From Candidatus Multivorans sp. (lineage in GTDB: Bacteria; Acidobacteriota; Thermoanaerobaculia; Multivoradales; Multivoraceae), in assembly GCA_965206765.1 (NCBI GenBank), contig OZ242222.1:129662-193661 (forward strand): a DNA stretch of 64,000 nt, read 5' to 3'. The position numbers were made by a program, and so were the translations under genes. Shown piece after piece: positions 17,826 through 25,706 of the stretch. The notes under the pieces are model-generated. The model was given only the letters and a program-made list of their open reading frames with translations, searched no databases and was not told the origin of the DNA. Every line of letters starts with the position of its first letter. Position 1 is the stretch's first letter.

Positions 17826-20800
17826 CTACGAACGCTGCATCGCCGGGGCGCCGTGCGGGATGTTCAGGCCGGCGCTCCGCGCCGCTTTCCGTCGACCACG
17901 GATCGCCCGCCGGCGTTCGCGGCCGCGTTCGACCAGCAGGTAGAGCGAGGGCACGAAGATCAGGGTGATCAGGGTCGAGGCGAGCAACCCGCCGACGACG
18001 ACCCGGGCCAGGGGCGCCTGCAGTTCGGCGCCCTGGCCGATGCCGAGGGTCAGGGGCAACAGGCCGAGCGCGGTGGTGAGCGTCGTCATCAGGATCGGTC
18101 GCAGGCGGCGCCGGGCGCCGCGGACCAGGGCCTCGTGGAGGGTGCAGCCGACTTCGCGGCGCATCCGGTTCACGTTGTCCACCAGGACGATCGCGTTGTT
18201 GACCACGATGCCGACCAGGACCACCAGGCCGAGGAAGGAGTTCATGTTCAGCGTCGTGCCGGTGACCGCGAGGGTCAGGAGCACGCCGAGCAGCGAGAAC
18301 GGCACCGCGGTGATGATCACCAGCGGCTGGACCAGCGATTCGAACTGGACCGCCATCACGGTGTAGACGAGGAAGACGGCAAGCAGCACGCCGATCAGGA
18401 GCTCCAGGAACACCTGGCGTTGCTCTTCGAGTTCGCCTCCCATGTCGATGGTGAAACCGTAGGGCGTCTCGACCCGGGCCAGCGCGGCTTCGACGTCGTT
18501 CGCCACGTCGCTGAAACGGCGGCCGTCGATGCCGGCCAGGACCTGCATGATGCGCTGCTGGTTCTCGCGGTTGATGGACAGCGGCCCCTCGCCGGGATCG
18601 ATGCTCGCGATCGAGCCCAGGCGGACAACGTCGCCGTACGGGGTGACGATGGGCAGTTGCGGTAGCTGCTCGAGGCGCAGCCGGTCCTCCGGCTGGAGCT
18701 GGACCCGGATGTCGAACTCGTCGCCCTGGTCGCGGAACCGGGTTGCCACGCGCCCGAGGACGTAGTGCTCGACGGCGTCGGCGACCTGGCTGCCGTTGAG
18801 GCCCAGTTCGGCCAGCCGCGCACGGTCGACCCGCAGGGTGCGTTCGAGCTGGCCGGCCTCGCGGTCGAGACGGGGGTGGACGACCCCGGGGACTGCCTCC
18901 ATCGCGTCGATCACGCGCTGGGCGAGCACGTTGCCCTGGTCCAGGTCGTGGCCGCGGATCTCGACCACCAGGCGGGCGTCCTGACCGCCGCGCATCATGC
19001 GCATCATCATGTTGCTGGAGGAGGCGTAGAGCTCGATGTCGGCCGCGGGCACGTCGGCGATCGCGCGGCGGACCGACGCGACGATCTCTTCCTGGCCGCG
19101 ACTCCGCTCGGTGATCGGGGTGAGCAGGATTTCCATCGTGCCCTGGTTCGACTGGGCCGGCCGCCACCAGCTCTCGGGGCCGGCGGTGGTGAGCAGGTTG
19201 TCGAGTTCCTCCGGCCGCACGGCGCTGCGGACCCGCGCCTCGATCTCAGCCATCGTGGAGGTGGAGACCTCGAGCGGCGACCCGACCGGCATCTCGACCT
19301 GCATGTTGAGGCGGCCCTCGTCGCTTTCGGGCATCAACTCGAGTCCGATCACCGGCACCAGGGCGAAGGACCCGAAGAGGAGCACGACGGCCATGGCTAT
19401 TACCAGGCCAGGCCGACCGAGGGCCCACTCGATCATGCGGCCGTAGGTGAGGTCGACCGGGCCGAGAGCGGCGACGCATTCGCCGTCGGTGCTGCGGCTC
19501 GCCGGCACCTTGCGAAGCCACCGGGCGGCCGCCGCGGGAATCAGGGTGAGGGCGACGAACAGCGCGCACAGCAGGGCGAAACTGACCGTGATCGCCAACT
19601 GGTTGAAGAAGATGCCGGCGAAACCGGAAATGAAGACCACGGGCAGGAACACGGCCACGGTGGTCAGGGTGCCGGCAGCGATCGCCATCGCCACCTCGTT
19701 GCTGCCGGCAATCGCGGCGGCGGTCGGCCGTTCGCCCTCGTGGAGCCGGCGGTAGATGCTCTCGAGCACCACGATCGACCCGTCGACCAGCATGCCGATT
19801 CCAAGCGCGATGCCGGCCAGGGAGATGACGTTCAGGGTGAAGCCGTTGAAGTACATCAGCGCGATCGTGGCCAGCACCGAGATCGGGATCGCCGCGCCCA
19901 CGATCAGGGTCGCTCGTATGTCGCGGAGGAAGAAGAAGAGCACCAGGATCGCCAGCGCGGCGCCGAACATCGCCCCCATCTGGACGTTGTTCACGGCCTG
20001 CCGGATGAAGGCGGCGCTGTCCATGAGGATCGAGATCTCGGCGCGGCCGGCGTAGTCGCGATTGATCGCGTCGATCTCCTTCCTCAGTCGATCGACGACC
20101 TCCACCGTGTTCGAGCCGGACTGCTTCTGCACGAACATCCGCATGCCGGGCGCGCCGTTGATCCAGAGCTCGTTCGTCAGTTCGCGAATACCGTCTTCGA
20201 CCCGCCCGACATCGCGCACGAGGATCGGGCGCCCGTCGCGGATCGCGACGATCGTGTTCTCGACGTCGACCTTGCGCTCGAACTCGCCGATCGTGCGGAT
20301 GAGGACCTCGCGCCCGGTCTCGAGCATGTCGCCGGCCGAGACGTTGCGGTTCTCCCGTGACAGGGCCATCGTGACCTCGCTGGGCGTGATGCCGAGCGCG
20401 GCCATCCGGTCGGCGGCGAGCTGGACCTGGATCTCCCGCACCCGGCCGCCCTGGACGTCGACGGCGGCGACCCCGGGCAGGCGCTCGAGGCGGCGGCTGA
20501 TCGTCTCCTCGGCCATGTAGCGGAGCTGGCGGACGTCGCCCTCGCCGGAGAGGCCGAGGAAGACGACGGGCATGTCCGAGAGGTTGAACTTGAACAGCAT
20601 CGGCGCGGAGGCGTCTTCGGGCAGGTTGCCGCGCACGAAGTCGAGCTGCTCGCGGATGTCGTTCACGACCTCGTTCAGGTCGATGCCCCAGTCGAACTGG
20701 GCCTGGATGCTGCTCATGCCCTCCGCGGACATGGAGCTCAGTTGGTCGAGGCCGGTGACGGTCGAGAGGGCCCGCTCGATCGGCCGCGTGACCAGGGTCT

Positions 20801-20978
20801 CCATCTCCTCGGGCGCCACGCCCTCGTAGGTGGTGGAGATCGAGATCCGGGGCATGTCGACCTCGGGCATCAGGTCGACGGCGAGTTGGCGAGCGGCGAC
20901 CAGGCCCAGCACGGCGATGCAGACGTAGAGCATGCCGACGCCGACCGGACGGTTGGCCGAGAGACGGGGGAGGTTCAT
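17826..20978 (-). CDS. RND efflux transporter, inner-membrane permease (AcrB/HAE1-like)
   Basis: 1050 aa with 12-TM topology and two large periplasmic loops; typical RND motifs throughout. Confidence 0.9.
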   Translation of the reverse strand: MNLPRLSANRPVGVGMLYVCIAVLGLVAARQLAVDLMPEVDMPRISISTTYEGVAPEEMETLVTRPIERALSTVTGLDQLSSMSAEGMSSIQAQFDWGIDLNEVVNDIREQLDFVRGNLPEDASAPMLFKFNLSDMPVVFLGLSGEGDVRQLRYMAEETISRRLERLPGVAAVDVQGGRVREIQVQLAADRMAALGITPSEVTMALSRENRNVSAGDMLETGREVLIRTIGEFERKVDVENTIVAIRDGRPILVRDVGRVEDGIRELTNELWINGAPGMRMFVQKQSGSNTVEVVDRLRKEIDAINRDYAGRAEISILMDSAAFIRQAVNNVQMGAMFGAALAILVLFFFLRDIRATLIVGAAIPISVLATIALMYFNGFTLNVISLAGIALGIGMLVDGSIVVLESIYRRLHEGERPTAAAIAGSNEVAMAIAAGTLTTVAVFLPVVFISGFAGIFFNQLAITVSFALLCALFVALTLIPAAAARWLRKVPASRSTDGECVAALGPVDLTYGRMIEWALGRPGLVIAMAVVLLFGSFALVPVIGLELMPESDEGRLNMQVEMPVGSPLEVSTSTMAEIEARVRSAVRPEELDNLLTTAGPESWWRPAQSNQGTMEILLTPITERSRGQEEIVASVRRAIADVPAADIELYASSSNMMMRMMRGGQDARLVVEIRGHDLDQGNVLAQRVIDAMEAVPGVVHPRLDREAGQLERTLRVDRARLAELGLNGSQVADAVEHYVLGRVATRFRDQGDEFDIRVQLQPEDRLRLEQLPQLPIVTPYGDVVRLGSIASIDPGEGPLSINRENQQRIMQVLAGIDGRRFSDVANDVEAALARVETPYGFTIDMGGELEEQRQVFLELLIGVLLAVFLVYTVMAVQFESLVQPLVIITAVPFSLLGVLLTLAVTGTTLNMNSFLGLVVLVGIVVNNAIVLVDNVNRMRREVGCTLHEALVRGARRRLRPILMTTLTTALGLLPLTLGIGQGAELQAPLARVVVGGLLASTLITLIFVPSLYLLVERGRERRRAIRGRRKAARSAGLNIPHGAPAMQRS

Positions 20979-22223
20979 CTAGGAGCTTGCTCCGCCCGGC
21001 GCCTCGTACGCGTTGACCACCCGTACCGGAGCGCCGTTGCCGAGCTGCTCGTGTCCCACCGTCAGCACAAGGTCGCCGGCCTCGAGGCGGCCGCTCACCG
21101 CGCTGAACTCGCCGGAGCGGCCCGCGACGGTAACGGCCCGCCACTCGGCCAGGCCGTCGACCGGCACCAGGACGCCGACCGACCGGGCGCCATCCATTGC
21201 CACCCGCTCGAGCAGGGCGGCGCCGGGAATGATCAGCGCGTCGTCGAGGTCGCGCAGGCTGACGGAGACGTCCGCGTACATGCCGGTCATGAGCAGGTCG
21301 TCGGTCCCCACCAGTTCACCCTCGACGAGCACGGTGCGATCGTTGCGGCGCACCTCGCCGGCGACCCGGCGCACCGTGCCGGAGAAGATCTGCTCGCCGG
21401 TGGCCTCGGTCGAGACATCGAAGGCCGCGCCGGCCTGAACGGAGGCCAGATCGCGTTCGGGCACCCGGAACTGAACCATCAGCGGCGCCTCCTCGACCAG
21501 GCGAAGGATGGGCGTTCCGGGCTGCACCAGGGCGCCCCGGTCGAGGTAGCGGTCGGCGACCACGGCGTTGAACGGGGCGCGCACGCGGGTGTTGGCGAAC
21601 TGCTCGGCAAGCTGCGCCTCCCGCGCCGCGGATTGTTGGACCTGGGCTTCGCCGGCGGCCAGGTTCGCCTTCGCCGTCCCGTACTTGGACGTGAACTGCT
21701 GCTGTTCCTGCTGGGAGAGCAGGTTCTGGTCGTAGAGCTCCATCGCCCGCTGGTAGTCCGCTGCCACGCCGACCAGCTCGGCAGCGGCCCGGTCGCGGTT
21801 CGCCTTGGCGACGCCAAGCTGACCGCTGGCCTCCTGGAACTGGCTCTTCAGGTCGATGTCCTCGATCACGGCGAGCACGGCGCCGGCCGCTACCCGCTGA
21901 CCGATTCGGGTCGGCATTTCGACCAGCAGACCCGAGACCTGGGGCGAGATGTCGGCGACCTCACCGACCAGTTCGCCGGAGTATGCGGTGCGCACCGAGA
22001 GGTGTCCCCGGCGGGCGGCCTCGGCGCGCACCGGCACCGCCTGGGCCAGCGCGGCGGCGCCGGGCGCCGCTGCCCCGGGCGAACGGCCCAGTGCGATGAC
22101 GGCAGCCGCGGCCAGAACCACTGTCCCGGCTACGCCAACGGCGATCCAGGGGCCGCTGATGCGGCGGCGGGGAGGTGGGGGAGCGGAACGGGTGCGAGGC
22201 GGTCCGGGTTGGATGATGGCCAT
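20979..22223 (-). CDS. RND efflux periplasmic adaptor (membrane fusion protein, HlyD family)
   Basis: N-terminal TM anchor, coiled-coil hairpin (QFQEASGQLGVAKANRDRAAAEL...) and a beta-barrel/MP domain. Its start abuts the permease stop. Confidence 0.85.
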   Translation of the reverse strand: MAIIQPGPPRTRSAPPPPRRRISGPWIAVGVAGTVVLAAAAVIALGRSPGAAAPGAAALAQAVPVRAEAARRGHLSVRTAYSGELVGEVADISPQVSGLLVEMPTRIGQRVAAGAVLAVIEDIDLKSQFQEASGQLGVAKANRDRAAAELVGVAADYQRAMELYDQNLLSQQEQQQFTSKYGTAKANLAAGEAQVQQSAAREAQLAEQFANTRVRAPFNAVVADRYLDRGALVQPGTPILRLVEEAPLMVQFRVPERDLASVQAGAAFDVSTEATGEQIFSGTVRRVAGEVRRNDRTVLVEGELVGTDDLLMTGMYADVSVSLRDLDDALIIPGAALLERVAMDGARSVGVLVPVDGLAEWRAVTVAGRSGEFSAVSGRLEAGDLVLTVGHEQLGNGAPVRVVNAYEAPGGASS

Positions 22224-22270
22224 AGGTGTCGTTCTCTTGTTGGTGGGATTCGGCTTGCCGTCAGGCCAGG

Positions 22271-22807
22271 TCAGGAAGTCGCGCCGTCCGCGCCTTCTGC
22301 CATCGCAGCGAGCACGGAGTGGAGGCTGTCGGCGAGGATGGAGTAGAAGCGGATGAAGTTCTCCAGGCGGTCAACGACGACGCTGCCGCCGTCGACGCCG
22401 GGAAGGAGCGCCTGCTTCATCTCCTCGGCCATGGCCTGCCGGTCGCGGAAGCGGTCCGCGACTCGTTGCAGCAGGCCGGGCTGCTCGTTGATCTGGAAGT
22501 AGTCGCGGCGGTCGCCCGGGCGGGTAACCCGTTCGATGACGCCCATGTTCTCCAGCAGGCGGGTGTTCGTGCTGATGCTGCCGCGGCTCACGCGCAGGCG
22601 CTCGGCCAGGCGGTCGAAGCGAAGTGGCTGCGGCGACAGGATGAGCAGGCCGACGAGGCGCCCCGCGATGCGGGGTAGGCGGTCCTCTTCAAGGGCCAGC
22701 CCCATGCCTTCGATGAAGCGCTCCTCGGCGGCACGGAGACCGTACTCGGCAGCGGTGGTGCGTTGGGTGGACTGATCGGGGGCGGGAATCGGTTCGGAGA
22801 GAGTCAT
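22271..22807 (-). CDS. MarR/GbsR-type winged-helix transcriptional regulator
   Basis: LAERLRVSRGSISTNTRLLENMGVIERV is a wHTH recognition helix and wing. It lies just upstream of the RND operon in the same orientation. Confidence 0.6.
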   Translation of the reverse strand: MTLSEPIPAPDQSTQRTTAAEYGLRAAEERFIEGMGLALEEDRLPRIAGRLVGLLILSPQPLRFDRLAERLRVSRGSISTNTRLLENMGVIERVTRPGDRRDYFQINEQPGLLQRVADRFRDRQAMAEEMKQALLPGVDGGSVVVDRLENFIRFYSILADSLHSVLAAMAEGADGATS

Positions 22808-22989
22808 GGGTCAGCGATGATGGAACATCCGGTTTGTTTTGTCAACACTGAACAGTATGAATGCAATGTCGGGCTAGAGTCCCGGGCGGGGCTTCCAACC
22901 TTGTTCCATCCGCGCTACAAGCCGGGGCGTCCGACGGCGCGAGTGGTCCATGCGGGGCTGGTCGGCCGCTCGCCTGCTAGCTTCGAACG

Positions 22990-23388
22990 ATGCCTGAATC
23001 AGCCGGTACGCGTCGTCAGCGCCTGCTGCCCCTCGTGTTGGGGCTGGCGATGCTGGTCTGCGCCCTGTTGCAGCTCAACGACCCGGATCCGCTGGTCTGG
23101 GTGGGCTACTACGCGCTGGTTGCCGTGGCCTGCACGGTGGCCGCCTACCGGCCGTTGCCCGCAGTCCTGTTCTGGATGCTCGGGGCCGCGACCGCGGCGG
23201 GACTGGCCCTGACGCTTCCGGGGTTCGTCGACTGGCTGACCAGACGACCGGCGAGCGACCTCTGGGCGCCCATGTCGGCCGAACGGATGTACATCGAGCA
23301 CAGCCGGGAGTTCCTGGGACTCCTGATCGCTGGGGCCTGCCTCGTCACGGTGCGCCGGCTCTCGGGCCGCGACCGCGCCGGGCGCTGA
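22990..23388 (+). CDS. small hypothetical membrane protein
   Basis: 132 aa with about 4 predicted TM segments. Divergent from the MarR gene across a 180-bp intergenic region. Confidence 0.35.
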   Translation: MPESAGTRRQRLLPLVLGLAMLVCALLQLNDPDPLVWVGYYALVAVACTVAAYRPLPAVLFWMLGAATAAGLALTLPGFVDWLTRRPASDLWAPMSAERMYIEHSREFLGLLIAGACLVTVRRLSGRDRAGR

Positions 23389-23462
23389 TTCGGTCGGGTC
23401 CTCGCGCCGACTCGGCTGCGCTCGCCGGTCATGAGGACGCTGTAGACCGTCGGGGCCGAGTC

Positions 23463-24125
23463 TCAAGGACTACAGCCGCCCGGGAAGGCCGCGTTGTCCA
23501 CAATCGCCGGCGCGGGTGCTCCCGGGCCGTTCACGTACTCGCGCGTCTCGCCGGTGGCGGTGTCCGTCACGGTCAGGGTGAAACCGAGGTCCGAGGCTGA
23601 CGCCCCGTACACCCAGGCGTTCCCGTTGACCGCACAGCCGTCCAGGACCTTGACCAGTAGTTCCCAGTTCGCCGTGTCGAAGAAGCTGAACAGGGCGGTG
23701 TCGTTCGTTCCCGCGCGGACCACCCTGGCCGTATCGGTTCGACCGTCGGCGGCCAGCCACTCGGCGCGCACGGCGTAGCGCGAGTCCTGGAGGCACATGG
23801 TGTGCGCGTCCGGTTCGCAGGTCCCGGCCGGGTTGGCTGCCTCGACCAGGAAGACGCGGGACTCGGTCTTCTCCTCGTCCGTCCGGCTGACGGTAAGGGC
23901 GACTTCGTAGAACCCCGGGTCCGACCAGGCGTGCCTCGTCTCGCGGGACGTGGTCCTCGCCGTGCCGTCGCCGAAGTTCCACGATCTCCGCGTGACGACC
24001 TTCGTCGCGCCGGTCAGAGTGACGGTTTCGCCGGTTTCGGCTCGGCACAGCCCGTCGGTGCATTCGACGCTCAACGCGAAGCGGGCCGTCAGCGGATCCG
24101 GCGGCGGCGGTGGCGGTGCTGGATC
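23463..24125. repeat. shared 3' gene module, about 660 bp (C-terminal domain + PKD + start of poly-Pro linker), copy 1 of 4
   Basis: Near nucleotide-identical to 25707..26370, 27930..28575 and 31332..31975. Only a handful of SNPs, in a mosaic distribution across copies. Confidence 0.85.
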
Positions 24126-25643
24126 CGGCAGCGGCGGCGGATTCGGGTTCGGCGCAGGCGGCGGCGGCGGCGGTGACGGCGGCGGTGGATCCGTCGTCGT
24201 CGTCGGCGGAGGTGGCGGTGGAGGTGGCGGTGGAGGCGGTGGAGGTGGCGGTGGAGGCGGAGGCGGCGGCGGCGGGTGCGGTCCCTCGAAACCGCCGTCC
24301 TCCGGCCCGGCCCCGGTGAGAGCGGTGCACATTCGCGATCGGAAGCCCCAGATATGGGCACTCATGAACGTCATCTCGCCACGACCGGAACCGCGCCGCA
24401 ATCGCTCCTCAGACTGCCTGGTGCCCGATAGAACGAAGAACTCCTTGTACGCTGCCAGTAATTCGTCCTCGGCGGTCGCGGTCCCGGGCGGATACACCAA
24501 TAGGTCTTTTCGTCTTTGGTCCCTCAGGAGTTGGCCCCCCTGGATTGCCGAACCACCGAGGATGTCGTTCCGCGAACTCGCGTAGTAGCGCTTCACGGTG
24601 GCGGAACCTAGCCAGGCATCATGGTAGATCAGGAACCACACAGCGTCGAGGATGCTCACACCACCGGCAGTGAAGGGGTCTGAGAACTCCGTGTCCATGT
24701 CGGCTCCGTGGAGGAGTTCGTCGGTGCTGTCCAGGATCCGGATGTCCTTGAAGTCGTCGTCCAGCCTGTCTTCCATGTCGCCGAGGAAACCGTGGTCGGC
24801 CAAAGCCCACAAGGAGTCCCAGTCGTCCGGCGCGTTGCAGACCGCCGACTCGACGAACTGATCGTAGTCGTCGCTGTCTTTGAGCTGCTGGAAAAGAACG
24901 GTGCTGTGCCTCTGCAGGAGCGTGTGGGCGAAGAACCTCTCAGCTTGGTGAGCAACCCGATGGGGGGGGCTGCCGAATCTGACCGATTGGTGGGGCGGAT
25001 CCCTAACATACTCCGTATTAGTGCCGCCCAGGTTGAGCGCCGCTATGCGAGGATCCGCTGTGTGCTCTATGCCTTTGAGTCCACTGTTGTATACGTTCGC
25101 ATCTACTTCTTGCAGCGTGTTCCACAGCTCGGTGCCGGACTCTGTGCGGTCGTTTGCGGTCGCCGGTGTCGCCGAATCGTCCCCCCATATTGGGGCGTTC
25201 AATGGGCCATGACAACTGGCGCACTCCGTTGGGTGGGTAATCTCCACATCGTCTCCCGAGAAGTCGATAACGCCGGCCTCCCACCGCCCTTCCTTGGGTA
25301 TCGGCTCGAGGAACTCGACCTGATCGTTGTTCGGATTGTCGGTATGGGTTCCGAAGGCCACGATGAACCGGGAGTCGTAGCCGTAGGCGATGAATCGCGG
25401 ATGCTCGGGCGAGACGAAGTCGGCCACCGGGCTCTCCGATTGGTAGAGAGCGCTCCAGAAGAGCTTGTGCTTTTCCGGCAGAGCGTCGAGGAACTCGTTG
25501 ACGCTCGATATTTCGTGTTCCGAGATGAAGGCGGCGACGATTTCTTCGGTCATCGTTTCCGGCAGGACGGCGTATTTGTCGAAGGCGGTCACTTGACCGG
25601 TTGCGACAACAAGAAGCGTGCAACATCCGAGTACTTTCAGCAT
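23463..25643 (-). CDS. secreted modular protein P1: CxxCH-containing N-terminal domain + unknown central domain + poly-Pro linker + PKD + Cys-containing C-terminal domain
   Basis: Signal peptide MLKVLGCCTLLVVATGQVTA. Heme-binding-type motif HPTECASCHGP. About 45 consecutive Pro/Thr. SWNFGDGT...YEVALTV is a PKD motif. The final 115 aa have 4 conserved Cys. RBS AAGGA lies 5 nt upstream of the ATG. Confidence 0.7.
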   Translation of the reverse strand: MLKVLGCCTLLVVATGQVTAFDKYAVLPETMTEEIVAAFISEHEISSVNEFLDALPEKHKLFWSALYQSESPVADFVSPEHPRFIAYGYDSRFIVAFGTHTDNPNNDQVEFLEPIPKEGRWEAGVIDFSGDDVEITHPTECASCHGPLNAPIWGDDSATPATANDRTESGTELWNTLQEVDANVYNSGLKGIEHTADPRIAALNLGGTNTEYVRDPPHQSVRFGSPPHRVAHQAERFFAHTLLQRHSTVLFQQLKDSDDYDQFVESAVCNAPDDWDSLWALADHGFLGDMEDRLDDDFKDIRILDSTDELLHGADMDTEFSDPFTAGGVSILDAVWFLIYHDAWLGSATVKRYYASSRNDILGGSAIQGGQLLRDQRRKDLLVYPPGTATAEDELLAAYKEFFVLSGTRQSEERLRRGSGRGEMTFMSAHIWGFRSRMCTALTGAGPEDGGFEGPHPPPPPPPPPPPPPPPPPPPPPPPPTTTTDPPPPSPPPPPPAPNPNPPPLPDPAPPPPPPDPLTARFALSVECTDGLCRAETGETVTLTGATKVVTRRSWNFGDGTARTTSRETRHAWSDPGFYEVALTVSRTDEEKTESRVFLVEAANPAGTCEPDAHTMCLQDSRYAVRAEWLAADGRTDTARVVRAGTNDTALFSFFDTANWELLVKVLDGCAVNGNAWVYGASASDLGFTLTVTDTATGETREYVNGPGAPAPAIVDNAAFPGGCSP
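24100..24300. repeat. GGN/GGC simple-sequence repeat encoding the poly-proline linker (coding-strand CCN)
   Basis: ggcggcggtggaggtggcggtgg... runs are also present at 26340-26500, 28560-28680 and 31960-32100. Tract lengths differ between copies. Confidence 0.8.
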
Positions 25644-25706
25644 TCCTTGGGTAATGTCCTTTCTTCAACTGAGAGAGAGCCGGGTCGGCACGTCAAAGCT
25701 CCAGGC
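25644..25706 (-). promoter_or_regulatory. 63-bp intergenic spacer carrying the RBS (AAGGA) for P1, identical to spacer 27867..27929
   Basis: Both spacers read ttcaactgagagagagccgggtcggcacgtcaaagctccaggcctaacggcgacagccg. On the gene strand this gives TTGACG...N17...CTCAGT, then GTTGAAGAAAGGACATTACCCAAGGAATG. Confidence 0.4.

Noticed and set aside
25620-25643. VLGC at residues 4-7 of P1/P2 as a lipobox
   Set aside because: Only three residues precede it, too short for a lipoprotein signal peptide. A normal Sec signal with AxA-type cleavage after QVTA fits better.
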